A model generated the notes under the pieces. It searched no databases. It was not told where the DNA came from and was given only the letters and a program-made list of their open reading frames with translations. This document shows, in pieces, positions 53,257 through 64,000 of a stretch of 64,000 nt of DNA. The position numbers and the translations under genes are program-made. The first letter of the stretch is position 1. The number at the start of each line of letters is the position of its first letter. Location: the NCBI GenBank assembly GCA_951406725.2, contig OX597836.1, positions 38,812,001 to 38,876,000 of the forward strand. Reading direction: 5' to 3'. This DNA comes from Octopus vulgaris. Its lineage: Eukaryota.

Positions 53257-54427
53257 ATTGTAGAATTGTAGAATTTTGATAGCTTTCTTTTTGTTTATTT
53301 GGACCAAATTTGAAATATGCTTGTTTAAATGCGTGTTTGGAACCTTTGCCGTCGAAAAAAAAGATAAGACAGTACTTTCTGCTTGATCTTAATTTTTCGC
53401 ATTTTAGATGCTGTTGTTTTGATTTTTGCTGACACTGAATCAGTTTCGCAGACTGACAGGTGACGGTCGTTTAGAAAATGCGCGGGCTAAGACTACGCGC
53501 CTTCACTAGTTAGGTAAGGTGAGACAGTGTCACGTGACAACTTGCTGGGGCTGGCTGCTGGAGCCTAGCAGCAGGTATTTAAAGGGAAAATTTGACAAGT
53601 CAGTCAGTCACTGGCTGACACTCGCTGACGATAAATCGAAGAGGCCAGGGAACAGAAGAAAGAAGAAGAAAGAAGACATGCACCCAACACCAGAGCTGAA
53701 GACAGCTCCGAAAGTGGGGTGGGCTCCCACGTCAAAACGGTAGAGGAGTAGGGGCTAAAACCGGACGTGGTTCCTCCTGATGATGTCTTGAGCTAACTGG
53801 ATCCTATAAAGGAGCTGTTGTGGTAGCAGACCACGAAATACGTTTGCTATTGTTCCAGTTTTATCATGTACTATTCTTTTTCTGGAGTTTTGTAATCTTT
53901 GATCGCTTTTGATAGCCTTTGATCATCTAATGAGCATTTTCCAGACTTTGAAAATATTTTCATAAAGAATTCATATTTCATATTCCGCTTCGAGCACATT
54001 TGTAGCAACAGCCGTTCTCTGGCATTGTTTGTATGTCTTGGCAAAAACGTTTCTTCATGATGAAAAAAAAAAAGTAAAAACAAAATCGTTTATCCAGCAT
54101 TGAAACTGTGTCTGTCTCGTTTAATTTTCTGCTGGATGATGTTCAAGTTTTGTTTATCCAATATATTTATCCACTTTTAAGAGACGCTTGGATAATATTT
54201 GAAAACAAAAATTGGTGAGAATTTCTTTCATGCTAAACGCACACGTCGTGGTTTCTTCGTTCAGCCGTTACTTTTGTTTTGCTCGACCATCAAAGACAAA
54301 TACAAAGAAGTAAATTACAAGTCAGCAACCCATCCCCACCCAAACACCGAATATAAAAGAACGTAAATGAAGCGGCGAATTAGATATAACTTAGCGAAAA
54401 GAGGGCAAGTTGGCAGATGTTTTAGAG

Positions 54428-54964
54428 CAGTTGTTCTCAACCGGGGTCCATGTGGCCCTTGGGAATCCACATAAGAGTTTGTTGTTAAAATTCATGTGCA
54501 ATATACCGGTTATACTTCTACAATACACAGAATATTTTTAACAATTTTTTTTAATACAAATCCTAATAGTATTTAATTATAAGAATATTAGTGGAGGCGC
54601 GTGGCTTAGTGGTGAGGGTGTCAGCATCATGGTCGTAAGATTGTGGTTTCGATTCCTGGCCCGGGCGACGCGTTGTGTTCTTGAGCAAAACACTTCATTT
54701 CACGTTGCTCTAGTCCACTCAGCTGGCAAAAATGAGTAACGCTGCGATGGACTGGCATCTCATCCAGCTGGGGAACATATACGCCATTGAAAGCGGGAAA
54801 CCGGGTCCATGAGCCTGGCTAGGCTTTAAGAGGGAGCATTTATTAATTTTTTATTTTATAAGAATATAACAGGGTTTTTTAAACACCGAATAATTTGAGG
54901 GTCCATCCGAGTAAAATAGAAGTCACAGGGGTGCACAGAAAAAAAAAATGGTTGAGAACCACTG
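54428..54964. mobile_element. hAT/Charlie-like MITE containing a SINE insertion
   Basis: TIRs CAGTTGTTCTCAACC / GGTTGAGAACCACTG. The 8-bp flanks match only partly (TTTTAGAG / TGAAAGAG). Confidence 0.7.
54591..54850 (+). mobile_element. SINE with a family D-like core and a family C-like tail, 12-bp TSD
   Basis: TSD TTATAAGAATAT at 54577-54588 and 54856-54867. The tail GGGAAACCGGGTCCATGAGCC resembles the family C tail at about 10755-10790. Confidence 0.8.
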
Positions 54965-55419
54965 TGAAAGAGCGTCAGAAAAAATGCCTGGTGTTCTGAG
55001 TTCAAAGGGCATCGTGGATAACGTTTCCTTACATCCTTCTGGGGTCGATAAATAAATTACTAGAATTGAGCAGTGACCTAACAGAAATGTTAGAGCGTTA
55101 GAAAAAATTGCCTTTCAGTATTTATTCCGCCTCTTTGCATTCTGAGTTCAAATAGCATCGAGTGCATTTCCTTTCATCCTTTCGGGGTCATTCAATAACC
55201 TTCCAGGCTGGAGCTGTGAAATGGTAGAAATGTTACAGCGTCCTACACGATGCCTTACCGTATTTATTCCAGCACCTTGCATTCTGGGTTCAAAGAACAT
55301 CGAGGGCAACATTTCGTTTCATCCGTTCGGAATCATAAAGCATTTAGACTAGACCAGTGAACTGGTAGAAATATTTGTGTCGGAAAAATGAATATTTAGT
55401 ACTCCCCTCCGGTCACTTT

Positions 55420-55441
55420 CTCTCACTCTCTTGCTCTCTCT

Positions 55442-55480
<39 letters not shown>

Positions 55481-55780
55481 ACATACACACGTTCATATGC
55501 GCACACACACACATACGGTGTCATGTACACACACGCTCTCTCTTTCTCTTTCACATACACAAACATTCATACGCATGCACACGCATCACACTCTAACAGG
55601 CACTCTCACACATACGGTCTCACGTGCGCACATACACACACACACCACACTCTCACATGCACTCTTACACATACGGCTTCAGACACACACACACATACAG
55701 ACAGACATTCTCTCTCTCTCTCCCTCTCTCTCACACACACAACAAACACACAACACACGCACACACGCACACACACACAA

Positions 55781-55813
<33 letters not shown>

Positions 55814-55849
55814 CACACACACAACACACACACACACACACACACACAA

Positions 55850-55892
<43 letters not shown>

Positions 55893-55975
55893 CAAACACA
55901 CACAAAACACACACACACACACACACACACACTCACGCACACAACAAACAACACACAACACACACACACACACAA

Positions 55976-56070
<95 letters not shown>

Positions 56071-56075
56071 TCACA
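55420..56075. repeat. (CT)n and (CA)n array with recurring ACAACAAAC interruptions
   Basis: Directly visible. Confidence 0.92.
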
Positions 56076-56453
56076 TGAAGATAATCTACAAACCATGAAA
56101 CCGTAAACAAGTCCTGTTCACTGCAATATGGCGGAGGTGTCTTCTTTCAAAATATTTTTCTAAACAAGAAACCATGTTTTGCTGATCTTTGAACTAATAA
56201 TACTGGATATTAGTGTTTCACCAACGGCAGCCGCCTCTTCCACCGCCGCCGCTGCCGCAGCAGCAGCAGAAGCGGCAGCAGCAACAACAACAACATCAAC
56301 TGCTGCTGCTGTTACTGTTGTTGTTATTGCTGCAGGTGCTATTGTCGTTGATGTAGTCGCTGTTACTGATGAACCTGTAATAGTTGTTGTTGTTATAATA
56401 TTACTGTTGATGTTGTTGTTGCCTTCACCCTCGTGTAACTGTAGTAGAAACAC

Positions 56454-56508
<55 letters not shown>

Positions 56509-56596
56509 TTTTTATTATTTTTTTTTTTTTTCTTCTTTCAAATTTGCTTCCATTTCTTGCCGAGTGTCTTCCCGACTCCTAGGGCAAAGAAACTCA

Positions 56597-56723
<127 letters not shown>

Positions 56724-57275
56724 GAGTGAGAGAGAGCAGTGCATGCCATCAAAGTGACACTGGGGTAAAATATACGAAGCCCAGTATACCCATCATGACT
56801 ACCCGTCTGATAAGGGTACACCAGGCACATCCACCACAACCATATGTGCACGACATGGTGATCTCATATCTAGATAAACAGCGCATGACCTTGCAGGTGG
56901 GACTCAGAATTTTCTTCTGGTCAAGTAGCCCATCCCGCTCAAAAGGTTCCTGAATAAGGATTGTTTAAGGATGTTGAACGAAACACCCATGTTTCCAAAG
57001 GTGAATTATCCAAACCCCAAAGAATCCTTCTCAACACATGGCTATGATGCTCTCCCACTACTTCTGCTCGTGATCAGAGATGCACATATCGTCAGCCACT
57101 AAGGGAGATGGTCAACTGATTAAGGTCAAACAACTGACAAGCAAATCTGTGGTACTGAGCAGAATATTTGCTGTAGCCCATCTTTTATACCAAGACAAAA
57201 CAATGTACATGATAACACTTCCAATCAGTTAAGATCAGAAGCCATGAGAGCCACTGCCTGGTACTGGATCAGGGC

Positions 57276-57276
<1 letters not shown>
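56724..57276 (-). mobile_element. ~550 bp repeat inserted in (TAA)n, copy 1 (probable LINE 3' UTR or dependent element)
   Basis: Highly similar to 58036-58559. Both share the same left end GAGTGAGAGAGCAG, differ at the right end, and are flanked by (TTA)n. The strand is inferred from that pattern. Confidence 0.65.
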
Positions 57277-57351
<75 letters not shown>

Positions 57352-57439
57352 GTTATTGTTGTTGTTATTGTTGTCGTTATTGTTATTGTTGTTGTTGTTG
57401 TTTTTATTATTATTATTATTATTATTATTTTCATTATCA

Positions 57440-57949
57440 TCTTCTTTCAGTTATTTCCATTTCTTGCCGAGTGTCTTCCTGACAACTAGGGCAGACAAAC
57501 GCACTGTATACATTGGTAAGGTCATTAAAATGAACTCTCCCGCTTGTTCCTTTACAAAGTCATGTGATAGAGAAAAAGGAAAAAAATATAAAATATAAAA
57601 GTAAACAAAAATGGTGGTGCCCCAGCGTGGCCACAACTTATGAGCTGAAACTGGTTCAATTCAATTCAAAGAAAATTCATACTCTTCTCAGAACGTGTGA
57701 CGTACCATTTAAGACAATCTTTTGCACTTCCTGCAAGGATGGTAAGCAAGGGATCATTCTTGAATACGTCTCCGTTCCCTTTTTGACCATTCCAAGTGCT
57801 CCTACAACCGTCTTGAGATGCTACACCTTTTCGATTTCGAGTAGCAAGTCTTTATATTTTCTGAGCTTATCAAATTCTTTAGCTGAGATATTATGGTCAC
57901 AAGGTACGCGCATGTCAATTAATAAACAGACCTTATTGTTTTGGTCTTT
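57440..57949 (-). pseudogene. 5'-truncated R4/Dong-like LINE: RLE C-terminus and 3' UTR
   Basis: The minus strand reads KDQNNKVCLLIDMRVPCDHNISAKEFDKLRKYKDLLLEIEKV*HLKTVVGALGMVKKG...GTSHVLRRV*. It is homologous to the 41826 fragment and flanked by (TTA)n. Confidence 0.8.
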
Positions 57950-57963
57950 CTTGTTTTGTTTTG

Positions 57964-58035
<72 letters not shown>

Positions 58036-58557
58036 GAGTGAGAGAGCAGTTCATGCCATCAAAGTGACACTGGGGTAAAATATACGAAGCCCAATATACC
58101 CATCATGACTACCCGTCTGATAAGGGTACACCAGGCACATGCATCACAACCATATGTGCGCGACATGGTGATCTCATATCAAGATAAACAGCACATGACC
58201 TTGCAGGTGGGGCCCAGTTAGAATTTTCTTCAGGTTGAGTAGCCCATCCCGCTCAAAAGGTCCCTGAATAAGGGTTGTTTAAGGATGTTGAAAGAACCAC
58301 CCATGTTTCCAGAGGTGAATTATTCAAACCCCAAAGAATCCCTCTCAACACATGGCTATGATGCTCCCCCACTACTTCTGCTCGTGATCAGAGATGCACA
58401 TATCGTCAGCCACTAAGGGAGATGGTCAACTGGTTAAGGTCAAACAACTGACAAGCAAATCTGTGGTATTGAGCAGAATATTTGCTGTAGCCCATCTTTT
58501 ATACCAAGACAAAACAACGTACATGATAACACTTCCAATCAGTTAAGATCAGAAGCC

Positions 58558-58559
<2 letters not shown>
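58036..58559 (-). mobile_element. ~525 bp repeat inserted in (TAA)n, copy 2
   Basis: See 56724-57276. Confidence 0.65.
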
Positions 58560-58621
<62 letters not shown>

Positions 58622-59176
58622 CTATGTTTGACTTTTGCTTTACATTTGCACAAGCTGGCTCCAAGTCTATCCAAGTAGTGATGGTATTAGCAGCAGCCGT
58701 TGTTGTTCATGTTGTGTAATAGTATTGCAGGAGTAAAACTGTACAAAGCGACGGCGGAAAGATAATCTGATAAATTTTGTTTTATTGAACAAATAAATAA
58801 ATAGTTAAATAAATAAATAAACAAGTAAACTAACAAATAAATAAATAAAAATTAAAAAACTAAAAAAAAACAGAAAACGGAAAATAAAACGCATTGGAAA
58901 AACGAGTTAAAGTAAAGATTCTTTTTTTTTTAATTTAATGGCTTTGTGAGAGGAAATTAAGACTCGTGGCACAGTGGTTACGGTTGTTGGACTCCTGATT
59001 GATCAGTCCTGAGTCTCAGATCTGTCGTTGGGTTTCAGGCATTTGGTTTTTTATGTTGTTTTAGTCGACTTGGTTGAAAATAAAAATGAAACTGTAGCTT
59101 GGTGTGCATAACACAGCGACAGACTAGTGTCTTGTTTAGAAAAAGCGGGGTCGTATTCCTTGGCGTATATATATAT

Positions 59177-59400
59177 ATCAAAATAAGCAACAAGGATATC
59201 CAAGGTCATGTAGTACAATTGTTCCATGCTACTTCATTTTATTAAACACTGTAAGTATTACATCAGTTTTAAATTCTATATGTGGCTGAAGATTGCTCGA
59301 CATTATAAAACTGATGTAATACTTACAGTTCTTAATAAAATGAAGTAGCATGAAACAATTGTACTACATGACCTTGGATATCCTTGTTGCTTATTTTGAT
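59177..59400. repeat. Fold-back element, ~95 bp arms with a 34-bp spacer and half-HHR
   Basis: 59177-59271 is the near-perfect reverse complement of 59306-59400. The right arm carries GAAACAATTGTA (palindromic ACAATTGT, GUA) and runs on ~100 bp to (TA)n. Confidence 0.85.
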
Positions 59401-59497
59401 TATAATCACCCCATTTGATTTATATGGATAATACCATACAAAACTCTGGTGCCTTTAACTTAAGTACCATACTCATCTGAATCTAAATTTTGCTGAA

Positions 59498-59557
<60 letters not shown>

Positions 59558-59766
59558 AATTAAATTAGAGGCAAATCAAACAGTGAAAAACATAAACCAA
59601 AACATAAAAATAAAAATAATTAATATAATATACAAAATATATAAAATATAAAATTAAAAAATTTAAATTATTTAAATTTAAAATTATTAATTTATATTTA
59701 AATTTTTTTAAATATATATGACTATCAAAAAGTATTAAAAAGTTTAATATAAGATAAAAAGTAAAA

Positions 59767-59863
59767 CCACTACGCACGTTTCATGCCCATAACCTAATTC
59801 GAATTACTATAATTTAAATTCAGTTAATAATTCGAATTATGGTTATAGTCAATCCTCAGGTTA
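59767..59863 (-). ncRNA. Hammerhead motif with a very long stem II
   Basis: Reverse complement TAAC-CTGAGGA-[~70 nt hairpin]-GAAAC-GTGC-GTA-GTGG. The core is intact but stem I is weak. Confidence 0.5.
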
Positions 59864-59957
59864 ATGATAATAGTTAAATAAATAAGCAAATATATTTAAA
59901 CAATATTTTAAAGAAATAAATAAAATAATAATTTTTCTTATAAAAATATATATGTAT

Positions 59958-60165
59958 AATGTCAGGTTGCTCTTGAGTGCTACTTGTAACGTATAATCCA
60001 GTACTACCTGTTGTTGCATGGTCGGGTAGTCGGCAACTAAACTGGCAACCCCACCAGGCTTGCTTGGTGAGGAGGGAGATTGTTGAACACCCTGAGGGAT
60101 GAAAAGTAAGATCCGTTGAAGGACGGGGGAATTCATGAGTAGTCAACGGCCATCCAACAAATATA
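59958..60165 (+). mobile_element. Second copy of the RTE-like 5' region seen at 13385-13590
   Basis: Shared GGCAACCCCACCARGCTTGCTTGGTGAGGAGGG and GGCCATCCAA. Confidence 0.6.
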
Positions 60166-60696
60166 GTAGCATATTCATTTGACCATAATTTCATCTACAG
60201 CCATGTAAAATGAGAACGTATCTTCTTCCTGTCTGTACTTATTTCCCACAGACATGAAGACGATCCGGTTAGTTCTACTTTATTGAGAAATGACTGGAAA
60301 AAGATGTATTTACGCCTATCTGTCACAACATTAGTTTCTCTTATTATGTTATAGTTGCGTGGGTTGCAAGAAATCGGATACTGCAGGAAGTTGTATGAAG
60401 CAAGTGATGAAGAAACTTTGTGAAATAGAAGGAAATGAACATACGTAAATAGTGAGAGCAGATAGATTTAAGTCTGAGGTTTATTAAAATTGTCAGGCGA
60501 TAATTTCTCGGTGGTCTAACTTGACACACGACGTCAATGATGAAAAAACATTGCTCAAATTATTCAGTGACATTAAATCAAACACAACTTTATTCAACGT
60601 ATATTTTTCCTTCATTTCATTTTCTGATAATGACTGCTTTGACATTGATAATTATAAACTCGTTGTATGATAGCTTTAACAGAGCAATGGAATAGT

Positions 60697-61325
60697 ATTG
60701 TGTTAGGTCAAAAGTTTTGCCATGTTTTGGTAAGTTGTTTGCCGTACAAGTTACAACAAAAGCAACATAGCATTCAAAGTAGAGGCCATTGTGTTGCACC
60801 ATCTGAAGCCACCATTCTACCAGTTCTTTGTTCTTAATCTGACACCAGTTATTGTCCCTTGATGAAAAGGACTCCTTCACTGAAGCTTCTACCTTCTCTT
60901 GGTTGACGAAGTGTCGCAATCGCAGAAGTGAGCCACGGCTCGGAACAAGTAATAACCTGAAGGAGCTAGGTCCGGGCTGTATGTTGAGTGCGGCACAAGT
61001 CCGATTCCCTCCTGTTCCTGGAGTTTATTTCGGGTCGTTCGATCGGTATGAGGTCTTGCTGCAGAAGCGCTCGCCTTCTGTTGACCAATGTCGGGCGTGT
61101 TTTGCCTCACAATGGCATACGTCCGCTTCATTTGTTCGAGGTACAAATTTGAATAGATCGTTCGATCGTCTTGAATGAACTCGAAGTGAATTATTCCTTC
61201 ATAATCCATCAGACGCAGAGCTTCACCTTGTTTTCGAAGCGCCCATGTTTGGTGTTAGTTTCCGGAATCTGGCCCTTTCTTAACCACTGCTTATGCATAT
61301 TAGTATTGAGGGAAAACATCTCCAA
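60697..61325 (-). pseudogene. Mariner transposase remnant (catalytic-domain C-terminal half and 3' end)
   Basis: KQWLRKGQIP...KVKLCV*W / DYEGIIHFEF...ARPHT...PHSTYSPDLAPSGYYLFR / FVNQEKVEASVKESF...WLQMVQHNGLYFE. The YSPDLAP motif is diagnostic of mariner. The sequence is frameshifted. Confidence 0.9.
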
Positions 61326-61702
61326 TCCATGGCTTACTTACTGCGCTCATGATGCTCCATCAACCAAGAGGAGGAACTGAACCCGGAACCATGTGTTTGG
61401 GAAGCGACCCTCTTACCTCACAGTCACGCCTGCGTCTATAGTATCGTAATATGATATTTGTAGATAATGTGATAGAGTTCATGGTATAGTTGTATGATTG
61501 TTGTTGGTAGGGCAGTAGTTGCTGACAAGGGGCAGCGTAGTAGTTGCTTTTCAGCGGTTTCAACGTCAACGATAAAAGAAGGACCTTTTTTTAAAACATC
61601 ATGTAGAAATCAGGGTATCACCAAACAAATGTGATAACATGTAGGTTTATTATAACAATGTAACAATGTAGCTTTATAACATGTAAGGTTATAATAAAAA
61701 TC

Positions 61703-61922
61703 TACGAGGGATGCTGAGAAGTTCCTGGCTTTAAGGGCATCGCAAAAGACCTTGTTGAAAGCTCAATCTTACGATTTCTTTTATAGGGCTTACAAAATCT
61801 GAAGGACCACTGCAATAAGTGCGTGAACCTGAGAAGGGAATATGTTGAATAAAATCATAATTAATTGATCCTCTTGTATTTTCTTTTACCCAAAGCTAGG
61901 AACTTTTCAGCAGCCTCTCGTA
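61703..61922. mobile_element. Mariner-derived MITE with TA TSD
   Basis: TA-CGAGGGATGCTGAGAAGTTCCTGGCTT / AAGCTAGGAACTTTTCAGCAGCCTCTCG-TA. The internal GLQNLKDHCNKCVNLRREYVE* resembles a mariner C-terminus. Confidence 0.8.
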
Positions 61923-62099
61923 ATAACGTAATAACGGTCATTATAGCAATGTAGTACGTAGGTTTATCATATATAACATCATAATATGTATGTTCATTTT
62001 AAGACAGCAAGCTGATAGAATCGTTAGCACGCCGGGAGAAAGGCTTAATAGCATTTCATCTGTCTGTACGTTCTGAGTTCAAATTCCACCGGGCTAGAC

Positions 62100-62145
<46 letters not shown>

Positions 62146-62336
62146 CAACAAAGTAAGTTCATCGTATTAATGTAATAACATGTAGTGTCTTCAGCAAGAC
62201 ACTGCAACGACCATCATGGTAACGCAATATAAGGCAGGACTGCTATTTATTTATTATTAGGAATTCAAAAGAATTTGGTTGAAAAAGTTCATTTGGTAAA
62301 AGATGAGTCTGGGAGAGTGTGCGTGTATGTGAAAGA

Positions 62337-62377
<41 letters not shown>

Positions 62378-62759
62378 TGTGTGTGTGTGTATGTGTGAGA
62401 GAGAGAAAGGGTGAAGGAGAAAGTGCGCCGAATGTCTCAATCGGAGGATCTTACAGTTTTTGTTTCAAGATACATTACGCAGATGTTCTGAAATGCCTCA
62501 TCAATAATGTTTCTGGGGTCCCAAGGGATGTCAGTTCTTTCAAAAGCAGATCCCCTCACCCAGTTGACCCAGCAGGGCTTCATCAAACCCCAGCTTGCAT
62601 CTCAGTTACAGCAAATCACTACTCTGCTCTCTTTATCCAAAGCCATCACTGATAGAATTTATAACCCTCCTCTTTGCTGCGCCAATAACCCCAAGCCCAG
62701 TCAAAGCTTAGAAAAGAAAGAAAATCGTAGTCCATCAGTTATGAGGGTTATGACGTCAA

Positions 62760-63048
62760 GGGTTCCAGTTGACCCGATGAACGGAATAGTTGGCCTGTCA
62801 AATTAACATGCGAGTGGCTGAGCACTCCACAGACATGTGTACCTTTAACGCAGTTCTAAGGGAGATTCAGCGTGCAGAATGTGACAAGGCCGACCCTTTG
62901 AAATATAGGTACTACTTACTTTTCCAGTTGAGTAAGCTGGAGCAACGTGAAATAAAGTGACTTGCTCAAGTACTCAACGCGCCGCCGAGAATCGAACTCA
63001 CGCCCTTACGGTCTTGAGCCGAATATCCTAACCATTTAGCCAGGCGCC
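62760..63048 (-). mobile_element. tRNA-derived SINE related to family D, different tail
   Basis: The reverse complement head is AAGGCGCCTGGCTAAATGG...GAGTTCGATTCTC and the core is TTTATTTCACGTTGCTCCAG. Confidence 0.75.
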
Positions 63049-63484
63049 TTTATTAGTTAAAGATTGGCAGAATGAACGCCACACAAACCTACACTTGTTT
63101 TGGGCGGTAGATACAATCCATCACCGAGTTTAATTCCACTATCACGTGGTCTTTGGGCGCCATTAGCTTAAACCACTGTGTTGCGATCATTTGAACTTAG
63201 TTTCAGGTTTAAGGATAACTTGATTTATGGCCTCCTACTTCAGCAAATCCTCACTTTTGATTACTTCCCCTTTTTTTGTCTCCCGCCAGTCTCGCAGGTC
63301 ATGCAGAGGTCATGAAAGTTACGTTTTCTCCTCTGACCAAGACAGAATATCAGGCTTGCATAAAAAAAAGGAGTTAATCAAATATTATTCGGCTGGATAT
63401 ACCTCATAATATCCTTCTTTCCTTCCTTACTCCCGCTCTCTTCCTTCTTTTCTTCTATTCTTTGTTTTCTCCTCCGTCTCTTTC

Positions 63485-63540
<56 letters not shown>

Positions 63541-64000
63541 GTTCGTTCGTTCCTTCTTTCTAACTTCCTTCCTTACTTACTTTCTGTCACGGAATCCCTA
63601 TAAGCGCGCCATGGACACTGCCTTCCCTCCTGGTTAAAAGATAAAAAGAAAAAAATAAATAAATAAACCCCCAGGGAGAAATTCCACATCAATTAAAAAA
63701 TGATTTTCCTCTTTAGATTTACTATTTTTAGGCAGTTAAGCTTCTTAAGCCAATGTCATACTGATCTACAATCAATTTGATTTCACTTTCCAAATGGACA
63801 CATCTGGATATTCTACCTCTTCAAACATTCCTTAAGATATATCGACAAACGTCTTAAGCCGATTCTTTCATTTAAGCAGATTATATAAAAACTTTACAAT
63901 TCCTTACATAGAATCTATAGTAACACTTCTATTTATCTTCGCCCTTCTTGCTTTTAGTTCAATTTGGCGGAAGTCTAGGGGCAGTAATACCTGTATCAAA

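Noticed and set aside
56160-56453. Poly-Ala/Thr ORF, and the similar one at 30186-30451
   Set aside because: These are drifting trinucleotide repeats (GCC, GCA, ACA, GTT) adjoining (TTA)n, with no splice or domain evidence.
62420-62750. Protein-like frames on both strands
   Set aside because: There is no recognisable motif, the minus frames are broken by stops, and the plus ORF runs into a SINE.

Overview
This is eukaryotic, AT-rich, repeat-saturated DNA with no intact protein-coding gene that I can support. The SINE repertoire and very high microsatellite load resemble an octopus (coleoid cephalopod) genome; that is inference from recall, not a search. Almost all ORFs in the track are microsatellite or SINE read-throughs. 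The window holds four tRNA-headed SINE families (A-D, my labels), R4/Dong-like LINE 3' fragments sitting in (TAA)n, RTE-like 5' UTR elements, degenerate CR1-like and Penelope-like remnants, a mariner transposase pseudogene, several MITEs (mariner/Tc1, Tc2-like, hAT-like, and a 9-bp-TSD family carrying CCCTAA repeats) and two non-autonomous Helitrons. The most notable signal is about a dozen minimal type I hammerhead ribozyme (HHR) motifs from at least 8 sequence families, found by eye on both strands. Many lie in short fold-back (inverted-repeat) elements embedded in microsatellites. One palindrome pairs a tRNA-like Pol III head with an HHR in each arm. Another has a central spacer that is a 32/33 copy of non-repetitive-looking DNA 1.85 kb upstream. 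Coordinates were counted by hand, and repeat boundaries are approximate.
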